From NCBI RefSeq assembly GCF_964204645.1, contig NC_134026.1, positions 20,122,150 to 20,186,149 of the forward strand: 64,000 bases of DNA, read 5' to 3'. The stretch is from Tubulanus polymorphus (Eukaryota; Animalia; Nemertea). The translations under genes were made by a program, and so were the position numbers. This document shows, piece by piece, positions 1-11,707 of this stretch. Every line of letters starts with the position of its first letter. The stretch's first letter is position 1. The notes below the pieces were generated by a model, which saw nothing but the letters and a program-made list of their open reading frames with translations, did no database searches and had not been told where the DNA came from.

Positions 1-1562
1 ATATACATATCCATATTTGGGACTCACGAATCCCAAATACTGAAATGGTAAAAGATATTAATCAAAATAGTGTTTAGCTGAGCTTTACTCGAAGAGACAA
101 GTTTTTGGATTCAATAGATCGCATTTCAAATCAAATGTATTAAAGAAAGTTGTTTTTTTCTTGTTTAGTTTCCCGTTTGGATGATTAACACGAAAACAAC
201 AGTGCGCACGCTATCGAAATCTTCGCGATACACCGCGGGGACTCATTTAGCTTACGGCAGTTGAAGGCGTATCAGCTTATTTTCCTCTGTGACACATTAG
301 GCTATGTTTCTGATATTAATCATATTTTTTACTCCCAAACGGGGACTCTACCTCGCTGCGAAATGCGAGACGGGAAAATATCACGCTTTATATTTCACAC
401 TCATTCGGTGCCAGTGGCTTTCTTATTCGGGTGATATCTATGAGGCCCTTCGGTTATTACGACCAAGCGCTTGAAATAGAAAAATGTGAAGTAAGATTTT
501 CATTTCGTAAACCTGATTTCAATGGCATTGAGTCGTCCGTAGATAAAACCTTATATTTACTATATCGATGACTGCTTCAACCATTACGTAAGCTCGGCAC
601 CATTTTATCGATTTTGACAAATATCTTCGGCGAGTACGATCGAAAATTACGTAATCGAAATCTACGCAACATTTTGTGGACGAGTGGTTTTCCGTGTATG
701 GAGTTGTCTGCTTAATTGATGATATCGGTTTCAAGGCGATGGACCGTTGAAAAATGATTGCAGTTTAAACAGTTTACAGTTTATCTGACAAACTCAAGGT
801 CTACAATTTAGACAATGTGAATGAAAAATACAATACAATATACAAAATAACATAGTAGCGAATGCCGTATTTACACGAATATTTTTTGAATTTTACTTAT
901 AAAAATACATAAGTTATACAGTGTTCTGAAGTTTTTTGTATGCATGAGTGAGGAGGATTTATATTGGTTTAGAACACTGTACAATGTATTTACTCGGGTC
1001 CTTGATTCCTGAACTCCGAACACCGCACTTGTAAAAGTGGTAAGAATCATTTACGCATTGGTCGTCTGCGAAGCGCATATATTTCGTGTGCGTGATCGCT
1101 AGAAAATTGCTTTTGATAGACGCCATGAAATGGGATATTTCTGATATTATTAATGAATTGTTAATGAACGCATAGTCGTTGTCCCGATGATAACCCATCA
1201 CGGCTATTAACTAATAACTCGGGATTGAACACGCTCGGTCGTGTTATCATTGCATATCGTATACATGTATATCGCCACTATATCTATTACTCATCGGATC
1301 TGGAAATACTTGAGAAACATGACGTAATATTCGATATTTCAATCTATTTCCTTGGACATCTTTTTATACGGAACGTGTTTTAGCTATAGCAAAATCCGAT
1401 AGTCGGGCAAAATACGGCGTCTTCCTTCTATTTAAACTTCCATCTGTCAAGGCCAACTTTCCATTTATCAATTTTCAAATTCCTTGCAATTTTTCCACTT
1501 GTAATCGAGAGCACTTGTATCTCCTTGAAACTCTTGGACATCCATCGACACCCACCTCAAAG

Positions 1563-1828
1563 TAATTAGTTTTAACTCACTACTTATAGAAAATTTCACT
1601 TATCAAGAAATGAAATAAAAATACACGACGTTTCGAACTCTCATTAGAGATCACCGTCGGCAGTTGTTTCATACCTGACGATGACCTCTAGTGAGAGTTC
1701 GAAACGTCGTGTATTTTGATTTTATTTCTTGATAAATGAGATTCGTTTTTAATCTTTTGAATTCTCTATTTAGTGGTTTTTTAACTTATCATCTGTTCTC
1801 AACGTCAGAGTACGGCTATTTCACCACA
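1563..1828 (+). mobile_element. Palindromic Penelope-like (PLE pLTR-derived) element, family A, copy 1
   Basis: Inverted arms around ACGACGTTTCG...CGAAACGTCGT; 3' tail TCTGTTCTCAACGTCAGAGTA shared with the copies at 10581 and 55222. Confidence 0.7.
1671..1712 (+). ncRNA. Minimal type I hammerhead ribozyme motif
   Basis: ATAC-CTGACGA-T-GACCTCT(AGTG)AGAGTTC-GAAA-CG-TC-GTGT: intact core, stem I 4 bp with one G-U, stem II with one mismatch. Confidence 0.55.
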
Positions 1829-2697
1829 CCTCCAAGTATTTTTCCATTAACATCAAATACGAGGAATAACTACAGTCAGTCAGTGGTCCCTCAGCTTTGT
1901 TTACAACTCGAATACATAAAAATTGTACGTCGCAATGAACCCAGAAATACAGGATATTGCTTTCAGTATGGAATGAACATTAACCTTCATCAATAAGATG
2001 CATCAAACATTAACACCAAAAAGGGCCGGATGTCCGCCGCTATCAGTTCTAAACGGGAGCCTTCTTTTCGATGATCGCCGTCGAAAGATAATGTATATGT
2101 ATGTACGCAATTCCTATCCACCGAGTTTTAAATCACGTATCAGTTACTTTATTTTTTTCCAAGTGCAAAATACTCATAAAGTTATTCAATACGTTGGCCA
2201 ATCACTGGTAATGAACAAATTTAGATAGATAGTTTTCGTAAAGATCGGTAACATTTGAAGGAATTTTCTTTTACGACCGTATTTCCTCTTTGTTCTTTTA
2301 TGGCTTCTCTTTCTTCGCGAAAAGCGTGAGGTTTTGAAATATGTCATGTGCGTTGGTATACTTCGTATTCTTCGTTGCTTTGACGTGTCCCCGGTAACCC
2401 TTGCGGTCACCCAGGGTAGTCAATTCTTGAAATATCTTCGCCATTATTTGAAGCGTCGCTGGGAACGTGTATGACGCCACAGAAAGAAGTTCTCAGAGCG
2501 ACCATCAATAAATCTAATGCTCGGGACATTTACAGAGAATTAGAACTTGAAATATTATCGTGTTTCAGAACCATTCCAATATTATTGTTTGCAGCCATAC
2601 TAGTCAAATGTCGAATAAAGCCTATACAAGAAAAAAATTCAAAAACTTTGATTCAAACACCGCATATAGGCACCGCAACTCTGTTTTGTGTATCGAT

Positions 2698-2800
2698 GGA
2701 TCCAGTTCCGCAGTGTTGTGAGTTAAGATTTGACTCGGAGTAGACTCATCGAAAATGGACTGATTTTAGATCGGAGTCCACTCATGTATGGAACTGGTCC
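2698..2800. mobile_element. Harbinger-like MITE
   Basis: GGATCCAGTTCC... / ...GGAACTGGTCC termini; homologous to 26504-26598. Confidence 0.55.
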
Positions 2801-4299
2801 TTGAACTATACAGTAGTTACAATTCAATTCAATTCAAACTTTATTCAGATAAACGTGTACAACGCTTGTGCCCGGCATAAGATTTAAACAAAAGGTTAAA
2901 ACAAGGAAAGAATAAAACACGCGAGACTCAAAAAATTACATTCATTCGGGGTTACCGCAGCAGCTAACATGTAAAGTCTATCCCAAGTCAAATCGCAAGC
3001 AACTGGACCCAGTTGGTCGACAAATGAAACGGACGCTTGGAAAATTCGTCTTCATTTTAGCGGCGAGAATATCCATCATGGCAATGCGAAAGTAGTAGGA
3101 AATGAAAAGATCAACTCGTCAATTAAATCATGATTTTTTACTACGGATCGCTTTGAATGCCGTCGAGAACATGATATTTATGTCGTCTGCGTGCGAGCGG
3201 TCTTTTTCCCGTCTGCGATACTTCGTTTTACTAGACACTCGTCGCTCGTGAAGCGGCATTCGTCATATTTAAAACATGATTTCGTAACAAGCCAGATGAA
3301 ACTAATGTAATCTCTGGTGCCGGTTGGCAATCGGTTCATCATCTTACGCATGTCACGAATTCTATAAAGCGCATGATGGAAAACAGCATGCGGTTTGTAG
3401 TCGTTTTGCATTCGGCGGGTTCCTGTGTGTGTCCGCGGATTCTCTCGTAGGCAAACTGTCTCCGTAATTTGATTAAGAGTCATTCGATTCGATCCAAGCG
3501 ATAGATACGATTATATGGTCTCGAATCTCGAATGAAGCCTCGTCCCAAGACAACGTATACGAGACGAACTGGCGGGAACTTATGTGTTGTACTGTGTGTT
3601 GTGAAATTATATTTATCGATTGGAGATCGTGACATCGTCACCTATAAAGCACTCGAATTGACCGGAAGATTCGTTAGATGCAAGGTTTCTATCACCATCA
3701 ACTTGTGTTTTTGAAGATAGTTATCGTTAGCATGGTCGTGGCAGTGTACTAAATGACTCATCTTTCCCTGAAGTTGACCCCGTATCCAAAACTGGCCTTA
3801 GTGGCAAAAATACTAAGGGGTAACCCGAATCTATGTTCCGAAATCTTGACATATGCTACCTATTTGTGGTATCATGTTCTGCGATTCATTCTTTCAATGC
3901 CAATGTTGCTGTGAATGGTCTGGAATTGTGCGTCGGTGTTTTGTGACTTAATGGACTTTATAACGTTATACCGTAACACAACCTGTTTTGATGAAAATAC
4001 AACACCGCGGCGCATCATCCTCGAATCAAGCGACGACCAACGACGCTTTATCGAATATTGCGGTTCATTAGCCGTTACACGCCGAACGGATATATCCTGA
4101 ATGGAATTTCAGCGTTTTGCTGCCAATGAAATCTATTTCTCGGAGACAAACTGGCAAGAACCCCGCGTCATGATATTACTAAGGTAGAAACCTGCGTCGA
4201 AATATATTGCCGATTCCGAATTTTCATCGGTCGTCGGGTGAAGGTCACCATGATTGGATTCACGCTCGCTAGAGTAGCCATTGTACTGTTGAAATCGAG

Positions 4300-5990
4300 C
4301 GCAATCGATATAAGCCCGGCTACGATCGGTTTCCATCCTCCATCGCGTCGTATAGATCCAAATTCTAATCGTGGCGTGTTGGTATAGTTTGAAATTAAAT
4401 GGTCCCATTCACGACTATGTGTAGACTTTGTAGTTCAACATGAGATGCCGTTGTATTCTTGTTCGGTTTGCAAAAACAACAAACCTCAATCCCGTCTGTT
4501 TCCATCCAATCTAGTTTCACTGAGTTTGCTCGAAAGAATTAGAGATTTCGATTACTGGGAATGACCTACAAATCTGGATTAGATAGTGTAATTTTTCTTG
4601 GTGTCAAGTCGGGCCTTTGCACTTTCTACATCTTTCACTGTACTGAAAATCCATAGCTAATGGAAACAGTGTTTCTGATAATCATCGATAACTATTACCC
4701 TTGTTTTTAATTAGGCCTACACTACGTTTTGGAGTTGACAGATTGGGCATTAACGATATTCTTTAGAAAATGTTTCAAAAACAAAACTGTGTAAGTTGAG
4801 TAGAGATATGTACCGGTGTATTGCCAGTATTACTATAGATATTACCTAAATAAATAAAGGAAAAAAAGAAAACTTGTTGAACAAGACCACTTGACATTTC
4901 TCTACAAGCGGAGCAATCTATCTAAAAATCTATTCAGTGATTGCGCAGGCGAGAAATGATGTAATCTGCTCGCCTTGGGGTTTTATCATCGAAAAATGTA
5001 TCACCTTCGCATCAGAAAAAATACCGCCCGCGCGGCTTATCGGAGCGCACTTAGCCAGCGAGCGTGTGATTGATAGCCAGTAATGACCCGTGCTACAAAA
5101 AACAACACTTCCTTCAGGTAGTTGTTGGTGGTAGTCGCCGAAAACGATTAAGGATCGAAATATTAGCGATATTGTTTCTAGCGAACGCGTTTTGCGCGTG
5201 ATGGCCAACAGGTACCACATCCCATCGGTGGTTAGTGAGATAATTTGACCCGGGCCCACAGTATCATCTTGATTTGCCAACATCATTTTATTTGAAAACA
5301 AACTGAATAGAGCTTTTAAGCCATCGGTCCTCGTCAACCTGTTCCGGGGTTTATGGATGCGAATCCTGTGGTGGCGACAGACTGTTTTTCGATCGAAGGT
5401 TCTTCTCTCTCATTCTCTTAATCGGAAAGAAGGAACTTCAAACTTGGCGCCAGTTGCTCCATAGTTTGTTAGAGTCAACTAGTGCATAGTTGAAAAAGTG
5501 ACGACTGAAAGTTCTTGTTATCGTTTTTATCCGCCGCTTATCTTTAACCAACTTTTGAGCAACTGCTAAATAATGCCTAAAAGTGGCGCTAAGTGCGGGT
5601 TGGCATTTATCGTCGAATTCTTCGTATTGATTTTCGTCGAGCACTATATACGGAACTTACTCGCGTGCGTGAGGGTTTCAACTCCATCGCACAAAACTTC
5701 TGACAGAAACAAGACAAATTGCCTGCGTCGTAAATGCGTGTATCCCGTTCACAAAACGATCCGAAATTGCGCAAACAGATACTTTTCGTCTGTCGTTTTT
5801 ATGCGGTGTTTATGATATACGAATGGCTCGTTTGTTTCTATACTAAAAGTCATAATTCTAAGAACGAGAAACATGTTTCATACGATATTCTAGAATACAC
5901 AGAAACCGCGCCTCGCTTGGCGACCTAAACGAAACTCAAGCGGCGGAACCGAGTAAATACGGGGATATTTTTACGATCGCTTGTTTCACG
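4300..5990 (-). pseudogene. Decayed paralog of the 37.8-38.5 kb remnant (BTB-BACK-Kelch-like)
   Basis: Shared peptides DRFVN/DRFLN, EKNLRSKN/EQNLRSRN and DRWL; AIVKISPY; Kelch-like LDLYDAMED(fs)WKPIVA at 4318-4361. Confidence 0.33.
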
Positions 5991-6349
5991 CGTGGCTGAT
6001 TTGCCGGAATCGGTTTTTTCTTTTGTCTCGGTAATTACCGCGTGACTTTTTACCGTGTAAACATATGATATTAGATATACGAATCACGGAGAAATAAACA
6101 ACCATTACCGATGTTAGCGTCTGCATAAATAAATAGCGTATCACCGGTGCTCTATGAATTGCACTTAATAGCTCGCATTGTAACGAAGAAATTCGAACAG
6201 CCTAGCGCGAGTTATTGAGAGAGAGAGCGTGATCGTTTCCAGCTCCCACTTCCCAGTTTTTGGAAAGACAAAATGGCGGCTCTTTCAAACAGGGTTTAGG
6301 GTCTGATAGATTTTGCGGTCTAAAAGGTAATGGCTTAGGGTTAGGATTA

Positions 6350-6574
6350 CAGGGGCGGATCCAGAGAAATTTGAGCTGAGTAGAGGGGGCTCAAGTGCAG
6401 TGTTTTCCCATGCAGATATGATTTTTTTTATATTTCGATATTCCGAAACAGCAATCGATGTTTATTGACCTGCGGGTTTCATCATTAATATGATTGATAT
6501 CGCTATCAAAAAACATTTCGAACACGGACCAGGTGTCTACACCTCCTCACCCCTCCCTTTTGGATCCACCCCTG
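6350..6574. mobile_element. MITE, CAGGGGCGGATCCA-type TIR, 5-bp TSD GATTA
   Basis: GATTA|CAGGGGCGGATCCA...TGGATCCACCCCTG|GATTA. Confidence 0.8.
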
Positions 6575-8280
6575 GATTACGTTATAATAGGCTAGGTATA
6601 TAACGCTATAAGGACAGTGAAAGCAGTAAAGCTGGAGTCAACATGTGGCTCCAATGGCTCAAAATGAGTGAGGGGTACTTCGAGTGAGGGATGCAAAACT
6701 TAACACGCTTTTAGCAACGAATCTTTTACCCAACGGCACTTCAATGATATAGGCCTATAAAAGGCGTGCCAAAGAATAAAGAATTAAGAGCACTATCGCA
6801 AGTTAAAGACCGATAATATTTAGAACGGTGAGATGAATTGGAAAAAACCACGATTTAGACTTCGCACTAAAACCTTTTTTTTCAATTCGGAAAGCCATGT
6901 CCCCGGAACACCGTCGAAGCCAAAAAAGAAAGGATCGGGTTCCTTTATCGGTCGGGGTTGCGGGTTTTTTCCATTGAAAGAAGGGGGAAACATGTAGCGG
7001 TATATCCGCTCAAACTATGGTTCACGCATTCTTGGCTCCGCAACGGAAGAATTAGACAAATCGAGCCGAAATATGTGAAACATATGGAGTCGGCTTATAG
7101 TTTCTACATCAGCCTACCGTATACGCAAGGTTAAGAAAATCTAAAACCCCTGGTGCACGGTTGGTGGCAATTTAGATCGGGTATTATATATGTAATGTAT
7201 ATCCACGTTTTGAGATCGGGTAACGAGGGATTTCGAATAAGTTTTTTGATCTGCGCGAATTTGTGTGGATGATTTCCGCCATATAAGGACAACACCTGTT
7301 GAAATAATCCTTTTTTTGTTTAACGTATTTCGAATGCTTGAACTTTCCGAACTTAAGTGCGGGTATATTTATATACTTGTTGGGTGTGGATAATGAGTTA
7401 TGTATATAACCTCAAAATGATGCAGAACCCCGAATTTCATTCGTCTTTTTTACACATTTCTCCAGAAATCAATGAAATCTCGTCACTTGCATGTAAAAGG
7501 CATTTTTTGTTGAAATCCGAAGCTCAAAATTTCGATCCGGGCTATATGCGGCTATTTTGTGCCACAGAAGCGATTACTGTTGATGAAATTTATCGGGGTG
7601 GAGTGCGACGAAGTCCCCCGACGTTCGTATTAAGACAATTTAGTACTATTCACAACAATCTTTCTGTGTTAGCCTAACGAACCCATCTTTCTTTGTTAGA
7701 TGACGATGAGGTGTCGTAAATTATATTCTTTTTTGAATGAAGGCGAATGAAAATATTCGCTTTTTTTAAAGAGTCCGTTGCTTGAGATACGTCGGTGGCG
7801 CGCATTCCTGCAACGTAGTCGTACGTGACTGCTGGCCTGGAGGTGAAACCGGTACCTATTCAGTATTGACTTAGACGCGCAACATGAAAAAAAAATGCGG
7901 CGAATAAACCTCCCGATCGGAGCGCGAGAATAAACGCCGATTCTCTGCGGTTTGTTACTTTAAATTCACTCAGACAAAAGCACAGTAGCGCGGAATGCAA
8001 ACATATCAAAAATTCTAAAGCTTGACATGTTATATATGTACCTCAGCGGATTTCCTTTAATAGTTTTCGAGTGGATATAATATTGACGCTTTTCAAAGAC
8101 GTCTTGTTACAAAATTTATTTGCGGCGCGCACCTATGGGGGCAACCGAAGCGTTGAAAAGGAAACCACACGCATGGGGTCGTAATTATCGAAAGGATATA
8201 GCGCGAAAACGATGTCTAACCTTAATACATTATTCAATCTTATAACATGTAGATAAACAACTGGAAAGTCTTATACTTAA

Positions 8281-8444
8281 GGCTAAAAAATGATACCTCG
8301 TTTCTCCTAATCGGTCGGGTTTCTTCTATAGCTATTTCTATAGCTATTTCTATAGCCACTGGGTCTGACAGTTATGGTTAGCTTGATCGCAATTTTTCGG
8401 CTGGGTCAACTTTTGAGGTCAGCAGAAAGGAGATACAAGGTATC
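8281..8444. mobile_element. MITE family E (possibly Kolobok-like), copy 1
   Basis: TTAA-GGCTAAAAAATGATACCTCGTTTCTCCT... / ...AGGAGATACAAGGTATC; shared GGGTCAA...AGCAGAAAGGAGA block. Confidence 0.65.
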
Positions 8445-9275
8445 GCAAAATTTCGATTTAAACGAAAAATTCTATAAATTGAACCAATCCTCCATCCATT
8501 TTTACTTCGATTTCCGATTTCAAAATCAAACCGCCTGTTCCGTTCCCACCAAAAGGACACCAATTCAAATCAAATCAAAATAAAATCAACCAGCCATATA
8601 CATGAGAAAATCGCTAGGCACAATCCCTTCAAGATCTAAAAAATTTACATTTTTATGAATTTCACAGATCTAAACCTTGATTGATTCTTTATCAATTCAG
8701 TTCTAATCGAACCGATTGGGAATTGATCCATTTTGGTACTGAACGCCACCATGGTTATATGTCGGGTCTTAAGTTCTATCTCTGTTTTCTGTGTTTTCGG
8801 CAGAGAGGGAAGATGGACTCCTCGGGATAAAAAGACAACCGGCAAGTATGTACATTCGACGACGAGATTTTCGTGTTGAATAATGCGCATATATCATACA
8901 TGTCGTCGATGTCGTCTGCCTCGAATCGATATGAAAGCTTTTGACTGGGGCAACGTCCCTTGGGGTTTACCGCCGATGAAGTCAACGGATATTATGCGCG
9001 GAAGAATTGAGATCCGTATTTTTCCTTAAATGTCGTATCGTAATATCACCACTCGCTCTCTCTCGATTGAGGCGTGCTTCGCACGCGTCTCGTCGTGTCG
9101 AAATTCGATGTCGCTATAATCTTCCAACGAAGTCTATATACCGAGATATGATTTATATACAGCGTGATTCAGACTTCGAGGTTTTTTTTCGTATATTTTT
9201 CAGCGCGATGACTTGAGACTCGTCGGACGATAAACAATAACAACAACGACGACGACGACGACGAATATTCCCACG

Positions 9276-9500
9276 ATGCTCGAAAGGCTTGGCATAATCG
9301 TGTGCTTGCTGTTCGTAGCGGTGCATTGCAGGATCGTCTCGACGAAACGAGATGTCCGAGTGAAAATCGGCCGAGCGGTCTACATCGATCCGTACGATTT
9401 GATCATCAACGGAACCGATAACGATCACCACCTGTTGTGCAAGATCGAAGTCGACTCGGCCGATCCGATGTCGCAACGAGTTGGAGAAGTCAGTCCAAAG
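9276..9500 (+). CDS. FREM1: FREM1-like exon 1 (signal peptide, start of NV domain)
   Basis: MLERLGIIVCLLFVAVHC signal peptide; VRVKIGRAVYI...CKIEVDSADPMSQRVGEVSPK resembles the FREM1 N-terminus; donor AAG|GTGAGT at 9501, phase 0. Confidence 0.88.
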
Positions 9501-10580
9501 GTGAGTATCATTCGACCGAACGATATAAAACAAGAAACAGATTTTGCGTGTACGAAGCTGCCAACTGTTCTTGATTTTCAGCATGGTTTTACTATTCTAT
9601 AACAAAATATACTGATTTGATTTGTTTGATGTGTACAAAATATGAAACATGTTTTTTTTAAATCTTAAAATAGGGATTGACCCTGTTATTTTATTTGGTT
9701 GGTAAATTTCGTTTGATTTCCCTTACAAACCCATCACACCTGTTGGGAGTGAAACAGGGAGAAAGATGTTACTGAGAGGGTCTTTTCATCAAAACTTAAA
9801 AAGTAAAAAACAACGGAAGATTTCCTTTTCCGTTATTAGTCCTCGTCAACTGTCTTTTACCTTATTGGCAGACCGACTTTCAATAGAGATTTAAAATAGA
9901 ACAAAAGGTTTCCTTTCTGAGACATCTCAAAATATTTCTAAAAATAACAACATTTCCTGCATATAATATGAAATCCTCACTTTGTTACACTGGTGAATAA
10001 TAAGATCAACTATAGAATACCAAGTTTTGTCCAAAAATATAATTTTCAGCAAGATTATTGTAATTTGAAAAGTCCTCTCAGACATGTAAGAAAATAAATC
10101 AAAACGATTTATTTGCAACTTTATTTTTGAGAACGATTTATTTTTTCCTGAATCTTTCCTAAATCTACAAATGTCATTTTTTTCAAAACGATTTCTCTGC
10201 AACTTGATTTTTCTGTGGATTTATCTGTGACTTTATTGGCAGTCGTTTCTTTTTTAAATACTAAAATAATTCTCAAATAGAAAATGTAGTAATGTTGACA
10301 AGATGTACTTTCATCCGGTTTATCATCAGACATTGATAAGAAAGAAGCACATCTGGAAAGTTTGAAGAGACGCTGACATTTGTTTGAAAACCGATTTCAA
10401 ACGACCTTCTCGGGAAGAAAACGATGCAGCCAATCCCCTTCCAATTATACGGTGCATCGTTCACTCATCAGGGGAAAATCTTCTTTTTAATCATGTTATT
10501 ATCATTATCAATGAACGCGAAATGACGATAGAAATTCCGATCTAAGAATCCGAGCCATTCTGCTCGATGTTGGTAGCCCT

Positions 10581-10870
10581 AATAAGTTTAAAACCCACAA
10601 TTAACGCAACATATACGGAATTTAAAAGATTAAAACGAGTTCTATTTATCGAGAATTAAAATCGAAATGCGCGACGTTTCGACCTCTCACTAGAGATCAT
10701 CATCGGCAGCTGTTTTACACCTGACGATGATCTCTAGCGAGAGTTCGAAACGTCGTGTATTTTGATTTTAATTCTTGATAAATGAAATTCGTTTTAATCT
10801 TATAAATGCTGTAGAGTGAGTGGGTTTTAAACTTATTAGTTATCTGTTCTCCGCGTCGGAGTATCCATAT
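10581..10870 (+). mobile_element. Palindromic PLE-derived element, family A, copy 2 (FREM1 intron 1)
   Basis: Arms AATAAGTTTAAAACCCAC...GACGTTTCG / CGAAACGTC...GTGGGTTTTAAACTTATT; same centre and tail as copy 1. Confidence 0.72.
10716..10759 (+). ncRNA. Minimal type I hammerhead ribozyme motif, sense to the FREM1 pre-mRNA
   Basis: TACAC-CTGACGA-T-GATCTCT(AGCG)AGAGTTC-GAAA-CG-TC-GTGTA: perfect 5-bp stem I; predicted cleavage after C10754. Confidence 0.62.
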
Positions 10871-11475
10871 CCATATTCAACGCTTACGACTTGGCTGCAA
10901 TAAAGTCAAACCGTATATCATTAATTATGCGATCTCTTGTGAACTGTAACTGTCCGTTAATGTTACCAACTCGATATTAATGGCCCGCTTCAATTAACGA
11001 GATGGTCTCTCGTACAACGAACACAATGTTATTACACAGACATTATTGCTTAAACGCGGCATCTGATGATGTCGTCTGCCGGTCGTTCAATATCGTTTGC
11101 GCTGTATGCATTTCTCTGCACCGTCCTGCTGCAGGCTGTCGTCCAGCTGCAGTGCATTCATTTCATACATCGTAAATCTCCCGGTTTCTTATTCGCCTAA
11201 AAACAGGCATAAAAGTTTTTTTTTAGCTGAAAACAGCGTTAAGTATGAATATCAACACAATGCCAACTGACTTGGGACTTTGTATTTGTAATCAATTCAA
11301 TCGTTTCTAGGTGTCGAAAATGTCTACGATTTAGATTAAGCGATTCAGATTGAGCGCTTTTAAATGAGTTGAATGCGAGAGAAAATTTCAAATGAAAATA
11401 ATTGTGCCACTTTCTCGCCTTTGAAATCGTTCCAAATGTATATCAATAGGTAATATTATTCTCGTCAAGACTTAG

Positions 11476-11652
11476 CAGGCGACGGCTCCAGAAAAAAAAT
11501 TTGAAGGACTTGTCACATCCTAAAAGGCAACTTTGATGTCCACAAAGGCAATGTGAGGGACACTACCACTCAGACATGTACCAATGTACCAATTATTTTT
11601 TGTTGACAAAGTAGAAAAGCGCACTCATAAAAATCCCCTGGATCCGCCCCTG
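11476..11652. mobile_element. MITE, same TIR class, 5-bp TSD CTTAG (FREM1 intron 1)
   Basis: CTTAG|CAGGCGACGGCTCCAG...CTGGATCCGCCCCTG|CTTAG. Confidence 0.78.
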
Positions 11653-11707
11653 CTTAGTGCAGTACTAATTTCGATTAACCAGCCACGTTTTATCCCTCTC
11701 GTTTCAG

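Noticed and set aside
2820-2850. (AATTC)n + TTTATT tails (also ~31835 and ~41334) suggesting LINE 3' ends on the minus strand
   Set aside because: No adjacent recognisable RT coding sequence, so not supportable as a feature.
6290-6346. TTAGGG-like motifs
   Set aside because: Only two or three degenerate units; not an interstitial telomere array.
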